Assembly: GCA_002633005.1 (NCBI GenBank)
Contig: NMRA01000095.1
Coordinates: forward strand, 906,518 to 961,204
Source: Phoronis australis
Lineage: Eukaryota; Animalia; Phoronida
Direction: 5' to 3'
Length of the DNA stretch: 54,687 nucleotides
The position numbers were made by a program, and so were the translations under genes. The first letter of the stretch is position 1. Each line of letters opens with the position of its first letter. The notes under the pieces were generated by a model. That model was not told the origin of the DNA, ran no database searches, and saw only the letters and a list, made by a program, of their open reading frames with translations. Below are positions 42,201 to 51,230 of the stretch, in pieces.

Positions 42201-45200
42201 CCTTTCCACGCGTCATGAATGATTCCCAGTGGATCGGTTGTTATTCTCACGGTAGCTACCTGTTCTTTGTCATATTTTCCATCTACGCTTGCAGCAAGCT
42301 TGAACGTCAACATTGTCTCAATGTTTTCTGCTTTGGGTTTGAACACGATGCCGCAGCTGCCTTCTACGGTCACCTGCGGAATGGAAGTTCCATCAAGGCA
42401 CGTACTAGGGTGTTCGTCCACTTCTACAGTAATTGTAGCGTCACAATCGCCTTCACAGTTTCTTACTGCTATAATCGGCACGGTTGGAGTGAGGTGAATT
42501 GATGTAAAGGAGTTTTCGTCGATTCTGAAATCCCAGGCTCGGACTCTGAGTCCCGCATAATAAGGCTTGCTGTCCATACGCTTTGCTACTGGACCTCCCG
42601 GGTAACTTCCATTAAGACTGCAGAATATCTGAAAGTACAATAGTTTTGTTTATTATTTGTAATCCGGACTGAGTGTATTTTGCATAGTAACTCAATAATA
42701 TCTTCACGAGTACATCACTAGTCAAATATACATGTACAATTTTAACAGTCAATGCCTAATGCATCAGTACTTGAAAAAATGTTGTCACGTCCGCGTGGCT
42801 GGCCATTATTTGGGGAATACCCAATACACCCTATTTAGTTGAAAAGTACCTGGAATCCTAATGTCTGTCCTTTGTCTGCCCAATCAGATTCGTGGAGAAC
42901 CGACTTACGTAGCCCACGGGACAATCTCTCAGACTTTACTTTGACGTCATTGATGAACCAATCAACATCAAAAACAATGTTTGTATCATGGGGATCATAA
43001 CTGTTGTCACAATGAAACTGTATTTCATTGGTTTTACCGTCACGTGGTCGAACTCCTTTCGTAGCTGTCAGTTGTGGTATTGGGGTGAAGACGTCTTCAA
43101 GTAAAATAATAAAATTTGGAAAGTATCAAGATGAGAACAACAGACGAATCCAGGATGTAGCGAGGGTTGAATACTGGCCAAAATTTTTATATAATGAATG
43201 TTCGCTTGACACAAAAGCAGCACACTGTGGCTGATTTATAATGGTAAGCTCCCGTTGCATCACGTCCTAAACCCGTCTTTGAGACCTCTGTGCAGTTTTC
43301 AGAACATTTCCTCCTATCATACAATTTTTGTAAAAACGTATCTTAACTTTCCACTTCAGAGATCAACAAGGGTTTGTAACGGCTTCCTCGGTAACTCTTT
43401 TCTACCATAAAATCCCCAGCTGAGCGTTGCCATACTGTAACTTGTACTTATAAACTTTCACTTTTTTCAAACATGTTAACACTAAATCCTGCACAATAAT
43501 TGTCCTAGGGGTGTAATAAACCGAAATCTGCGACAGACTCAATGAAGTCGCGAAAACGCAAGATCACATTGTACGCTGGAGCTCACGGATATTGCAATTA
43601 ATTCGAAGTGAAACACGTGACCGCTCCATCTTTACTCGCTACACGTAATTCTTTGAGTCCACGCAAAAGGACCTTGGTTTATACACGTTTCCAAATTTTC
43701 AGTGAAGTCAGTGCTTACAAACCCACCGTCGGACAAAGTTTTGCAGTGGGTAATTTACCGCGAATGTCTCGTCGGCCTTTTAAAATATTACATCATTTGA
43801 AAACGTCTCACCTTTACACTGAGGCTTTGTAGCGTTAGGTGGTAGACATTGCTGTGGCAATTCTGCGGGAAATAAATTGAGGGTCATAATTCAAAAGGAG
43901 CAAACAAAATGAATAATTGCATCATCTAAAATGGCGAAAGACGCGGCTCCCGTCACAAAAAAACAGTTTGATTTAAATCACTTCTTGTTATGAAACTGGC
44001 CTGAAATTGCTTAGTAGTGAAATTGGAGGTGATTTCGGGTCACCAAAACAACTGACAGATCGTTATTGGTTGAGACCAGACTCTACAAACTGGCTTGTTG
44101 CAGCGTGTCATTTCATGTGCAGAGCATACAAGGAACAACGAGCTGCCAGTTCAATACAAACGCAACAACCACTTCCCATTTGAATTGAGAATGTTGTGAG
44201 CAATTTCATAGCGGTGAATGTTATTGTCAATACTATTGACAACTTCCAAAGAAAAAATGACAAATAAGTATTGTGTTTGTTTCGATTTATTTGCTTCTGT
44301 AATCATGGTGCTTAGAGTACCGAAGCACTTACTGTCTCCTATACAGTAACCAACAGGGCAGCCAGTGGGTCTCTGAAGCTTGTACACAAAGTAGTCTCCA
44401 CAGTTCTTCACTTTGATGTCGTGTAGTTCCGAACAACACCACGTCTGTCCTCCGGCGCAAAGTGAGCAGTCGAATAATGAGCCGGTAACACAGGCTCGTC
44501 TGTCAACAATGCCCTCCAACGGTGTCGGATTATCACCTAGATTACAAAATAGAGTACAAAAAGCAAATATTACAACCTGAATGAAAAAAGTAAACTGATG
44601 AAAACATGTGTGGTCAGCGGTCATTAGTCCAAGCCTACAGCAAGTACGCCGGCATCGTTTAATGGCGTATCAGTTCGGTTGACTGTTTCTATCGTTGCTC
44701 ATTTCATGTCATCCTTGTATACACCTCGGTCCATCTGTCCTTTTCATGTTTTATTTCTATAAATCAACTTAGTCCATAAGGGCTATTTCTAGTATTTTAA
44801 AAGGACAAAGCTGCAGATTAGCATTTTTGTTTCACATGTTTGTATTTCTCATCCAATCTCTGTAAATAAAGTATGTAATTACTGTTGTTGCGATTATGAT
44901 TGCGATTACGATTACCTTTATCTTTATCATTATCATCATCATTATTATTGCTATACAGGTCTCTACGATGTTTTATAAATTGCACCTGTCGTTAGGTATG
45001 TATATGATCCAAACTGACATTATGGGGGAGAAATATCATTTTCTGAGTTCACCACCGGTGCACACAGTCGGACCTTCTACAATCAAGTCACAGAAAAACA
45101 CTTCTGGAGGAGATAATTCACAGGGCATACTTACATGTAGAAGGTTATTCTAAGGGAAATTAATTCGTAAAGTCTCCCGCCTTGATTTCAGTAAATATTT

Positions 45201-48200
45201 AATAGACAGTGGCGATTTGAAACTCTGAGTAAAACTAAAAGCTTCAACAGACAATCCAACAAAAAAACAGAAATACGTTTTTGGCCCTAAAGGCAACAAA
45301 CAATGTCTCTAATTTAATGGTGAACACGCGTTGCATATTTCAAAAATAATACCTCTCGTACACCGGGAATGTATTTTTAGAAACAAATAATTATTACGAC
45401 CCACCTCCTCATTAGTCGCCTCATAAACGGGTAGCTATTTACCTTTTGCAACCATTCTGCTATTTAGAACACGCAGTCCTAAACGGCTGAAACAACGTAC
45501 CCAAGAGCCATGCAGTATACTTTGTGCCACAGTGGTACGTCTCGACACATCTGTTGACCATAGCCGAGCCCGTACTGGCGTGAAAGTAGTACCAACCATC
45601 GTTTAAATTACGGTCGCACGTCAGAGATCCATGTGGGAAAGACATGTTGGCACTGCGGTAGATGTGACCGTCAAGTTCCACACGATTTCTCCTCTCACAC
45701 GGATCTTCATCTCCACCTTGTGAACATCAAATATTCAGTGATAATTTTTAGAACCAGATCGCCTCCTGAAAACTACATATTTCAAAAACACAGCAAAAAG
45801 AACCATTACACCAAAAAACATAGAGCAAAAAGTCAGGGTAACACGGAGAACAATAATCGACTGCGCGGTGAATGAGTTATCACCACAGCTTTAAAAACAC
45901 TGAATTGATGTTTTGGTTCAGTCACTCTTAGTCGCTGAGTTGCTTTTTAAGTGTTGGGTCTTTGCATCTGTTTGTGTTGTGTTCTTGAACTATGCTGGTT
46001 GCACGATTGTTTACAATACTTTGGCTAAGAACTAGGCGTTACTAAACTGGACACTTTGCTACTAGCCCGTCTGCTATATCACGCCAAATCTAACAACTGT
46101 TTTTAAGTCTCTTGTGCACTACAAAATAGTTGGTGTTTCTGACAACGTGCATGTACTGGTGAAATATTTCGTAACTTTTCCTTCGACTGCTATATTATGG
46201 TCTCAGTCGACTCGTACACGACAACGAACACCATTAATTACGTAAATTTATTATTCATTATAATTATACATAGCAGAATGCAATACAATACAATACAAAC
46301 CAATATAATACAAAAACTATATACCCTGTACGTAGACAGAGGCATCGAGGGCCGAAGGGGGCACAGGTGCAACACCTGGCCCAAAGCTTACATACATATA
46401 TACAAGCTCCCCTGACCCCCTTTAAATGGACACGGTCATCAGTAAAAACAAAATTATTCTGGCTCTTCACTTCTCTTAGAGAGTCAAATAGGACCCACTA
46501 GTCCCACTAGTAATAGCCAACAAATCCACAAATGTGGCTTTGCTTCTTACAGTAGTTATACAGTAGTCAGTATATTTAGCTACACAAGTGTGTCTTGGAT
46601 TTTCTTTCTAGGTCTTTTAGTTCAAGAAATCTGCTGTCAAATGTTAAGACGTTAACAATTCGTGAAAAAAAGGGAAATCTTGATTTTTAACATCCGTGTT
46701 CTCGGGTTAAAAAGGATTGATTTGGAAATGCCAGAAAAAGTCGGTAGGTGACAAAATAAAGAAAAGGTGTTTGCCAGTTTCATGTGAAAAAACGTGTTTA
46801 TGGAAAATTCAATATTCTCTGTGAAAAATGACGTTGAGGAAACACAATGGTACTACTTTTAAGCATATAAGATGACCGTTTGGTCGTAAAAGATATTAAC
46901 AATTAATAGTTGAATGGGTCTACTTTCAACGCTAAGAATGGTATTTAAAAGTTCCTTCACTGCCATCTTAAGCACGCAGGTAGCAGTAAATCCTCACAAA
47001 AATTTCAAAAAACTGGACCAACTTGGTTCAACAATGGCTGTTGAATGTGAAAAATTCAACTAAATGATTTCGAGGCATCCTATTATAAAAATAAAGCTTA
47101 TTTCTGTAAAAAACTTAGATAAGAGAGAGACTTCTAGTTCTGAATCTGTGTCGAGACTTAATACATTTCGGGGTCCTATCATCAACATCTTCAAACTGAA
47201 ACCGGAGGGCTCAAACCCCAGAGGGAATATAACGTTGCCATTTCACAGTTTTTATCTCACATCCAGGATCTCTGAACTAAGAAGGGCCCCGAATAACACT
47301 CTGGACGTAACTGAACGTAAAACGCGCGTTTTTGGCTACTGTTGTTGTTTCAGTGGCGCAGCACTAAACAACGGGAAGGCACGGAGGGTAGAACTGTTCA
47401 CAATGATCAGGACTGACTGTACTTCGGGAGCAAGTTTTCTGTTATACAGAATTTGTTGAATACACGACACTTTTCATTTTTCACGGTCTTTATTCCGTTG
47501 CGTTCATACTTTCTGAACAAAACTCTACTCTCTACTGAACATAGATACAGTAACTGACCTAGCGGCATAATTAAAAAGACACACGATATTTCGAAACATA
47601 CTTGTTTCATTCTCAAGTGAAGATAAAATGACGCAGTAATGCCACCACAGAGTATAAGCTGACGACACACACAGTGAGACACGGAGGTTGTGAAATACTG
47701 CAAAGAATGACTAAAGAATTAGGGTAACAGGAAAGTCACGCAAACAAGTGTAACGTGCGGCGCGACCCTGTTTGCTGCTCAAGAGGGCGTATTCGGTGTC
47801 GTCTAACTGGCTATTGTTCAATCAAGAGGTAGATCGCATAAGACAAACACTGGTGAATAATGGGTATACCAATGCTTTCGTGGACTTCCATATTAAGCGA
47901 TTTATGTCCAGAATTAGCTATGAAGTCCCTGCACGTCGGACTGGTGTCACCAAAAAGATATTTTACAAAAATGTCATGTCTAATAATTACCTCCAGGACG
48001 AACACGCCATTAAGAAAATCATAAGGGACAACGTTAAAGTTTGTAAGCCTGATGATTACCTTGATGTTATTATTTATTATCGGAATAGGAAGTCCTCCAA
48101 CTTGGTCATGAAAAATAACATTTCTAAAGCGAAAGTCCGCCCCGTTGCACAGTGTAGTGTTGTTTATGAATTTGTATGCCCTATGAATGAATGTCTTCGT

Positions 48201-48906
48201 TCAAACGTCAAACAATGTTACATTGGTCAAACGGTTTGCAGTCTTTCCCGTCGGTTATCCATGCATCTTCAAAATGGCGCCATTCAAGATCATTTTCTGC
48301 AATACCACGCACGTAAAATCACCCGTCAAGAAATTGTGGAAAACACGTCAATTCGCTACGTGGAGCAAGATGTGCTGCGTTTGAAAGTATTAGAGTCCCT
48401 TTTAATTGCTTTTGAGAAGCCTATTTTGAATGAGCAGCAAACAGGGTCGCGCCGCACGTTACACTTGTTTGCGTGACTTTCCTGTTACCCTAATTCTTTA
48501 GTCATTCTTTGCAGTATTTCACACCCGCCGTGTCTCACTGTGTGTGTCGTCAGCTTATACTCTGTGGTGGCATTACTGCGTCATTTTATCTTCACTTGAG
48601 AATGAAACAAGTATGTTTCGAAATATCGTGTGTCTTTTTAATTATGTCGCTAGGTCAGTTACTGTATCTATGTTCAGTAGAGAGTAGAGTTTTGTTCAGA
48701 AAGTATGAACGCAACGGAATAAAGACCGTGAAAAATGAAAAGTGTCGTGTATTCAACAAATTCTGTATAATGATCAGGACGTAAAGTATTTGGTTAGGCT
48801 AGTCTTGAAAATGTTTACAAAATGCAAACTTACTTGCCAACATTCTTGTGCTGTCGAACACGTATAGTACCAATACGACGCACGCTAGTCTCGTACTTAA
48901 TGTCAT
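23471..48906 (-). CDS. VWDE-like type I membrane protein with D8C, VWD, EGF, mucin stalk, TM, SAM and U-box domains (21 exons, ~1760 aa)
   Basis: Exons: 48906-48834, 45716-45501, 44536-44333, 43862-43812, 43094-42850, 42628-42182, 41601-41516, 40479-40416, 39619-39410, 37499-37249, 34932-34644, 33799-33644, 32413-32215, 31242-31049, 30284-30051, 29669-28502 (or 28472), 27706-27601, 26830-26740, 26183-26084, 25835-25710, 24240-23471. Every junction is phase-compatible and I saw no internal stops. Confidence 0.82.
25710..25835 (-). CDS. Receptor exon 20, SAM domain (not in the ORF track)
   Basis: DVLEFLKRLNLERFAANFEREEITSNTLQTLKEDDLTDKL; donor A|GTAAGT. The domain is completed by KIPLGPAKEIMNSI in the next exon. 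Confidence 0.85.
26084..26183 (-). CDS. Receptor exon 19, cytoplasmic
   Basis: gtag|VASTDRRYENSYAMQPIDRKRQRKTGKKTAHKL G|GTGAGC; phase 0-1. Confidence 0.65.
26740..26830 (-). CDS. Receptor exon 18, juxtamembrane cytoplasmic
   Basis: ttag|G FHQSKYQSGQEYSTVDYTDLTTPSHDGFSG|GT; phase 2-0. Confidence 0.65.
27601..27706 (-). CDS. Receptor exon 17, transmembrane helix
   Basis: LVIGTAVGATAAAVLLLMMLGICY followed by an RR stop-transfer signal. Confidence 0.87.
28502..29669 (-). CDS. Receptor exon 16, Ser/Thr-rich mucin-like stalk
   Basis: About 390 codons, open and S/T-rich. The donor is either AG|GCAAGT (28502) or T|GTATGG (28472); both are phase 1. Confidence 0.82.
30051..30284 (-). CDS. Receptor exon 15
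   Basis: VVCILP...VSVSNDG..S...FDSTCMDC...CTVK. Confidence 0.9.
31049..31242 (-). CDS. Receptor exon 14, EGF end and VWDE Ig-like segment
   Basis: TCQCNYGFIGSDCS...GLCD...C..V.V.G.DF....LTCHF. Confidence 0.9.
32215..32413 (-). CDS. Receptor exon 13, start of EGF-like domain
   Basis: MTGD...C..ELRRN...LCPSNCTRNGKCVEG. Confidence 0.88.
33644..33799 (-). CDS. Receptor exon 12
   Basis: WPLRSGLTEAETRRAC...C...CVE matches the VWDE WPTxSGxT motif. Confidence 0.88.
34222..34292 (-). mobile_element. Degenerate tRNA-derived sequence (SINE head or tRNA pseudogene)
   Basis: GGCAGTGTGGCCTGGTTGA (A-box-like) ... GAGGTCGTGGGTTGAAGTCCCAC (T-arm/B-box-like). Confidence 0.5.
34644..34932 (-). CDS. Receptor exon 11
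   Basis: SLY...YCNC...C...RMRRS; phase 2-0. Confidence 0.85.
37249..37499 (-). CDS. Receptor exon 10, end of VWD
   Basis: IFLPTGGYVEV...PSTLDWQQTEGLCGLFN...DD...FITSFR. Confidence 0.9.
38359..38768. mobile_element. MITE-like element with ~68-bp imperfect terminal inverted repeats
   Basis: TATTAATTTGAGTGATACT...CCTTGATAGT...GATAAAGTGACA is mirrored at 38701-38768. Confidence 0.75.
39410..39619 (-). CDS. Receptor exon 9, VWD
   Basis: INVFQRQCGSSRTCTCAVAI...IVIDMC...GRGYE. Confidence 0.87.
40416..40479 (-). CDS. Receptor exon 8, VWD
   Basis: GEFILYRNKKRAFQ; phase 2-0. Confidence 0.85.
41516..41601 (-). CDS. Receptor exon 7, start of VWD domain
   Basis: VTIVDKD...RCEILPGSFVTTFDG; donor GTAAGT. 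Confidence 0.85.
42182..42628 (-). CDS. Receptor exon 6
   Basis: IFCS...SKPYYAGLRV...TVPI...DGKYD...WKGY; phase 0-0. Confidence 0.88.
42850..43094 (-). CDS. Receptor exon 5 (not in the ORF track)
   Basis: P.L...IQFHC...FDVDWFIND...LHESDW...LGFQ, a VWDE-type Ig-like segment; phase 1-0. Confidence 0.8.
43812..43862 (-). CDS. Receptor exon 4 (51-nt linker exon)
   Basis: cgcag|..LPQQCLPPNATKPQCK G|GTGAGA, phase 1-1. Confidence 0.6.
44333..44536 (-). CDS. Receptor exon 3, D8C domain, second half
   Basis: GDNPTPLEGIVDRRAC...CC...IKVKNCGDYFVYKL..P.GC..GYC. Confidence 0.9.
45501..45716 (-). CDS. Receptor exon 2, UMOD/GP2/OIT3-type D8C domain, first half
   Basis: DPC...YRS...CDRNLNDGWYYF...MVNRCVETYHCGTKYTAWL. 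Confidence 0.88.
47582..47619 (-). ncRNA. Second copy of the minimal hammerhead motif in the inverted pLTR
   Basis: Exact reverse complement of 48593-48630. Confidence 0.68.
47782..48476 (+). CDS. PLE ORF C-terminal fragment: RT thumb and GIY-YIG endonuclease
   Basis: RAY..SS.W..F..E..RI.Q.L.NNGY; VVYEFVCPMNEC...YIGQT..L.RRL..H...H...H...LESLLI...P.LN. There is no true start codon because the element is truncated. Confidence 0.9.
48593..48630 (+). ncRNA. Minimal type I hammerhead ribozyme motif (U3-A8 variant) in PLE pLTR
   Basis: CAC-UUGAGAA-U-GAAACA(AGUA)UGUUUC-GAAA-UA-UC-GUG. Confidence 0.7.
48834..48906 (-). CDS. Receptor exon 1, signal peptide
   Basis: MTLSTRLACVVLVLYVFDSTRMLA then A|GTAAGT, phase 1. 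Confidence 0.7.
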
Positions 48907-49659
48907 TTTAAGAAGACATTCCCTCTTGCCAAACCTATTGTATCAGTTGCAGCTTTAAACTGTTCCTTGTTGACTCGAGTCCTACTGTGTACCTACACAG
49001 ATGTGAAGCAGGAAATGATCGACCGTGACCTAATTTCCTTAATGGAAAAACAGAACTGCATCATTCACAGGGTTGAAATTAACTACCATCACCTACAAAG
49101 ATTTGGGCGCTCAGGGTAGGAGTTTAGTTTCCATTCAAAGTTAATATTTTTAGATTAGTTTTTAAAAAATTACAAGGAGTGTTAATACACTGAGAGCTCA
49201 AATACGTCCCGGATAATCACTTTTTATTTTCTCCGCAACACTTTTGTGTGATGCGTTCTAAGTTACTACGCTATTCAAAATTAAAGGTGTTTTCATTTTC
49301 GATTGAAACAAATAATGAATTAAAAAATTTTTCTTCCCTTTAGTTTCTTTCCTTGATTATTCACCTGGTTTTCCACGACAACTATTTTTAAACCACCTCT
49401 TGTCATTCGTTCGGTATTCTCACGTGAATGGTGACTTTGCCTTTTGTTGTTACATTTACCTCACACGGGGCCTTGCTGTTCAATAGATTAACTGTTCGTG
49501 TGGGCAACACAAACAATAACTAAGGAACTAAAGTTGAAAGGAGCAATCAACGACGCCAGACGTCGCGCAGAATGAAAAATTCCAAATGAAATACAAAAGT
49601 AAATCAGCCAAGGAACATGTTTCATTTCCTCAACTGCAATTCGTGCATGTACATGTAAA

Positions 49660-49735
49660 ATGATTATACATGTACCAGCATCGACGTCACGCCTGTGGCT
49701 TCACATTACTCTGTTGGTTGTCATCACTACCCAAG
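49660..49735 (+). CDS. Possible signal-peptide first exon of a divergently transcribed gene
   Basis: MIIHVPASTSRLWLHITLLVVITTQ then AAG|GTAAGG, phase-1 donor. No downstream exon identified in the window. Confidence 0.35.
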
Positions 49736-51001
49736 GTAAGGGGAGGATTTTTTCGTGTCTAGTGACTTTTCGACTGTTGATCAATATGGGTGCCATATTT
49801 TTTGACACTTTCTTCATTTACTGCAGTTGGTTCACAAGTGACGTGTAAGTTACAATCATATCAAAAATATCTCAAAACGTAACGCGCACAGCTTGTTATA
49901 CTAGTAGTGCTGTGACCGAAACGATTACTTCTGCTGCAATGAACCTTTGTTTTACTAGAAACAATGCAAACATATACCTTTTACAGGAAAACATTATTTT
50001 AGCAAAAACATTAAACATATATTATGTTTTTGCAATTGTACTTGCCGCGGGACAACAATTTGCTTATTTCGGTGACTGCTAGCATTGCCTTAAACTTTCG
50101 ATCCGTACAAAGCGTCAGTAACGCCAAGCAAATGCGCCAACTGAAAAAACGATGAGTGCGAGTCATCGTTGTGATACAGCACTGGAGAGCTTTTCAATGA
50201 AAATGAATACAGTTACGAATTGACATGTCATAAGAGAACGGTTTCCATTCTCTTTTGTTCGCATTATACGCAGCAGTATTAGAGCAACCCATCTCGAGCA
50301 TTTTTTAGCTTAAGATTTTTTCCAAATTGTCACGTTTTCTTTAAAGAGTGAAGAACTTTTTCTCAAACGGTACGTTGTATTTTTTCTAAACGCCGTCCAC
50401 ACAAGTGCAGCTAAAAGGACGTTTTCTTAAAATATCACCCTAGAGCTCCGGGTAGTGGATGTAGTTATGGAAGGAATGCGTATCCGTAGACAAATTTGAA
50501 ATCGTGTGCCGTACGAGCCAAACCATATCATTCAGCTATTCATAACAACGGGGGTTTTATATTAGACAATGCCAGTTTCAAAACCATTCAAAATGCAATT
50601 AGAATAACACAACATTTGAACATACATGTAAGCTACTGCTGATTAAAAACAAATACAAACCTGTGGCGGATCTGCTATGTCACGGGGGAGCCCAACTACC
50701 ATTTTCTGGGGAAAAACTCCAGAATAACATGCCTACCGAATTTTAAAAGTGTTCGTAGAGGGGAAGGGAATGTGCGACCGCCTAATTCCCTTGTGCAAAC
50801 GACAACGCGCTATTTGAGGCAGCGCGACTACCACAGTTAATTCATTGGGAACTATTTCCCAAACTTGCGCGCGCAGCAGATCATGATGATTTCACGCGCA
50901 CGTAAAATGTTTTATACCACAATATTAGCCTCGAATGGCAGATACAACCGTGTAATAACCCATAAGGTTATCTCACTAGTGAGATAACATTTTGGCGGGA
51001 A

Positions 51002-51073
51002 ACCAAGGCCGGATTCGAACCCGGGCCTCATCAGTTGCGACTCGCCGATTGTACCACTACACCTCTCAGCGGC
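51002..51073 (-). mobile_element. Degenerate tRNA-derived sequence (SINE head or tRNA pseudogene)
   Basis: GGTGTAGTGGTA A-box and CCGGGTTCGAATCCGG T-arm with B-box; anticodon and acceptor stems pair poorly. Confidence 0.55.
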
Positions 51074-51230
51074 TGACGTCATCGAACGTGAAAATAGAAT
51101 ACTTAAATGAGCACGCGCAACAATCGCATGTTCAGCAAAGGGCACTGCACCTACAATTATACGCTATGAAAAATAAGACGCATAATTTCCATAACAACGA
51201 TATTTTAATTCAGTGAAATTTTTCTCTCAT

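Larger units (their letters stand above)
47414..48770 (+). mobile_element. 5'-truncated Penelope-like retroelement (Naiad-like) with inverted 5' pseudo-LTR
   Basis: RT-thumb plus GIY-YIG ORF. 47442-47781 is the reverse complement of 48431-48770, and 47414-47441 is a further 28-nt extension. Flanked by the direct repeat AATGATCAGGAC (47402-47413, 48769-48780). Confidence 0.92.

Noticed and set aside
48705-48740. SECIS-like ATGA...AAA...TGA in the PLE 3' region (some Naiad elements encode selenoproteins)
   Set aside because: Only about 4 bp of helix II pair, and the retained ORF has no internal UGA. SECISearch on a full-length copy would settle it.
47407-48784. Twin ORFs MQYFT... (47407-47703 minus, 48509-48784 plus)
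   Set aside because: Incidental frames in the duplicated non-coding pLTR.
51010-51035. CTGATGAG...CGAA on the minus strand resembling a hammerhead core
   Set aside because: It is the variable loop/T-arm of a tRNA-like sequence; GAAA and the flanking helices are missing.
51002-51073. Functional tRNA gene
   Set aside because: Anticodon and acceptor stems do not pair properly; more likely a SINE head or pseudogene.
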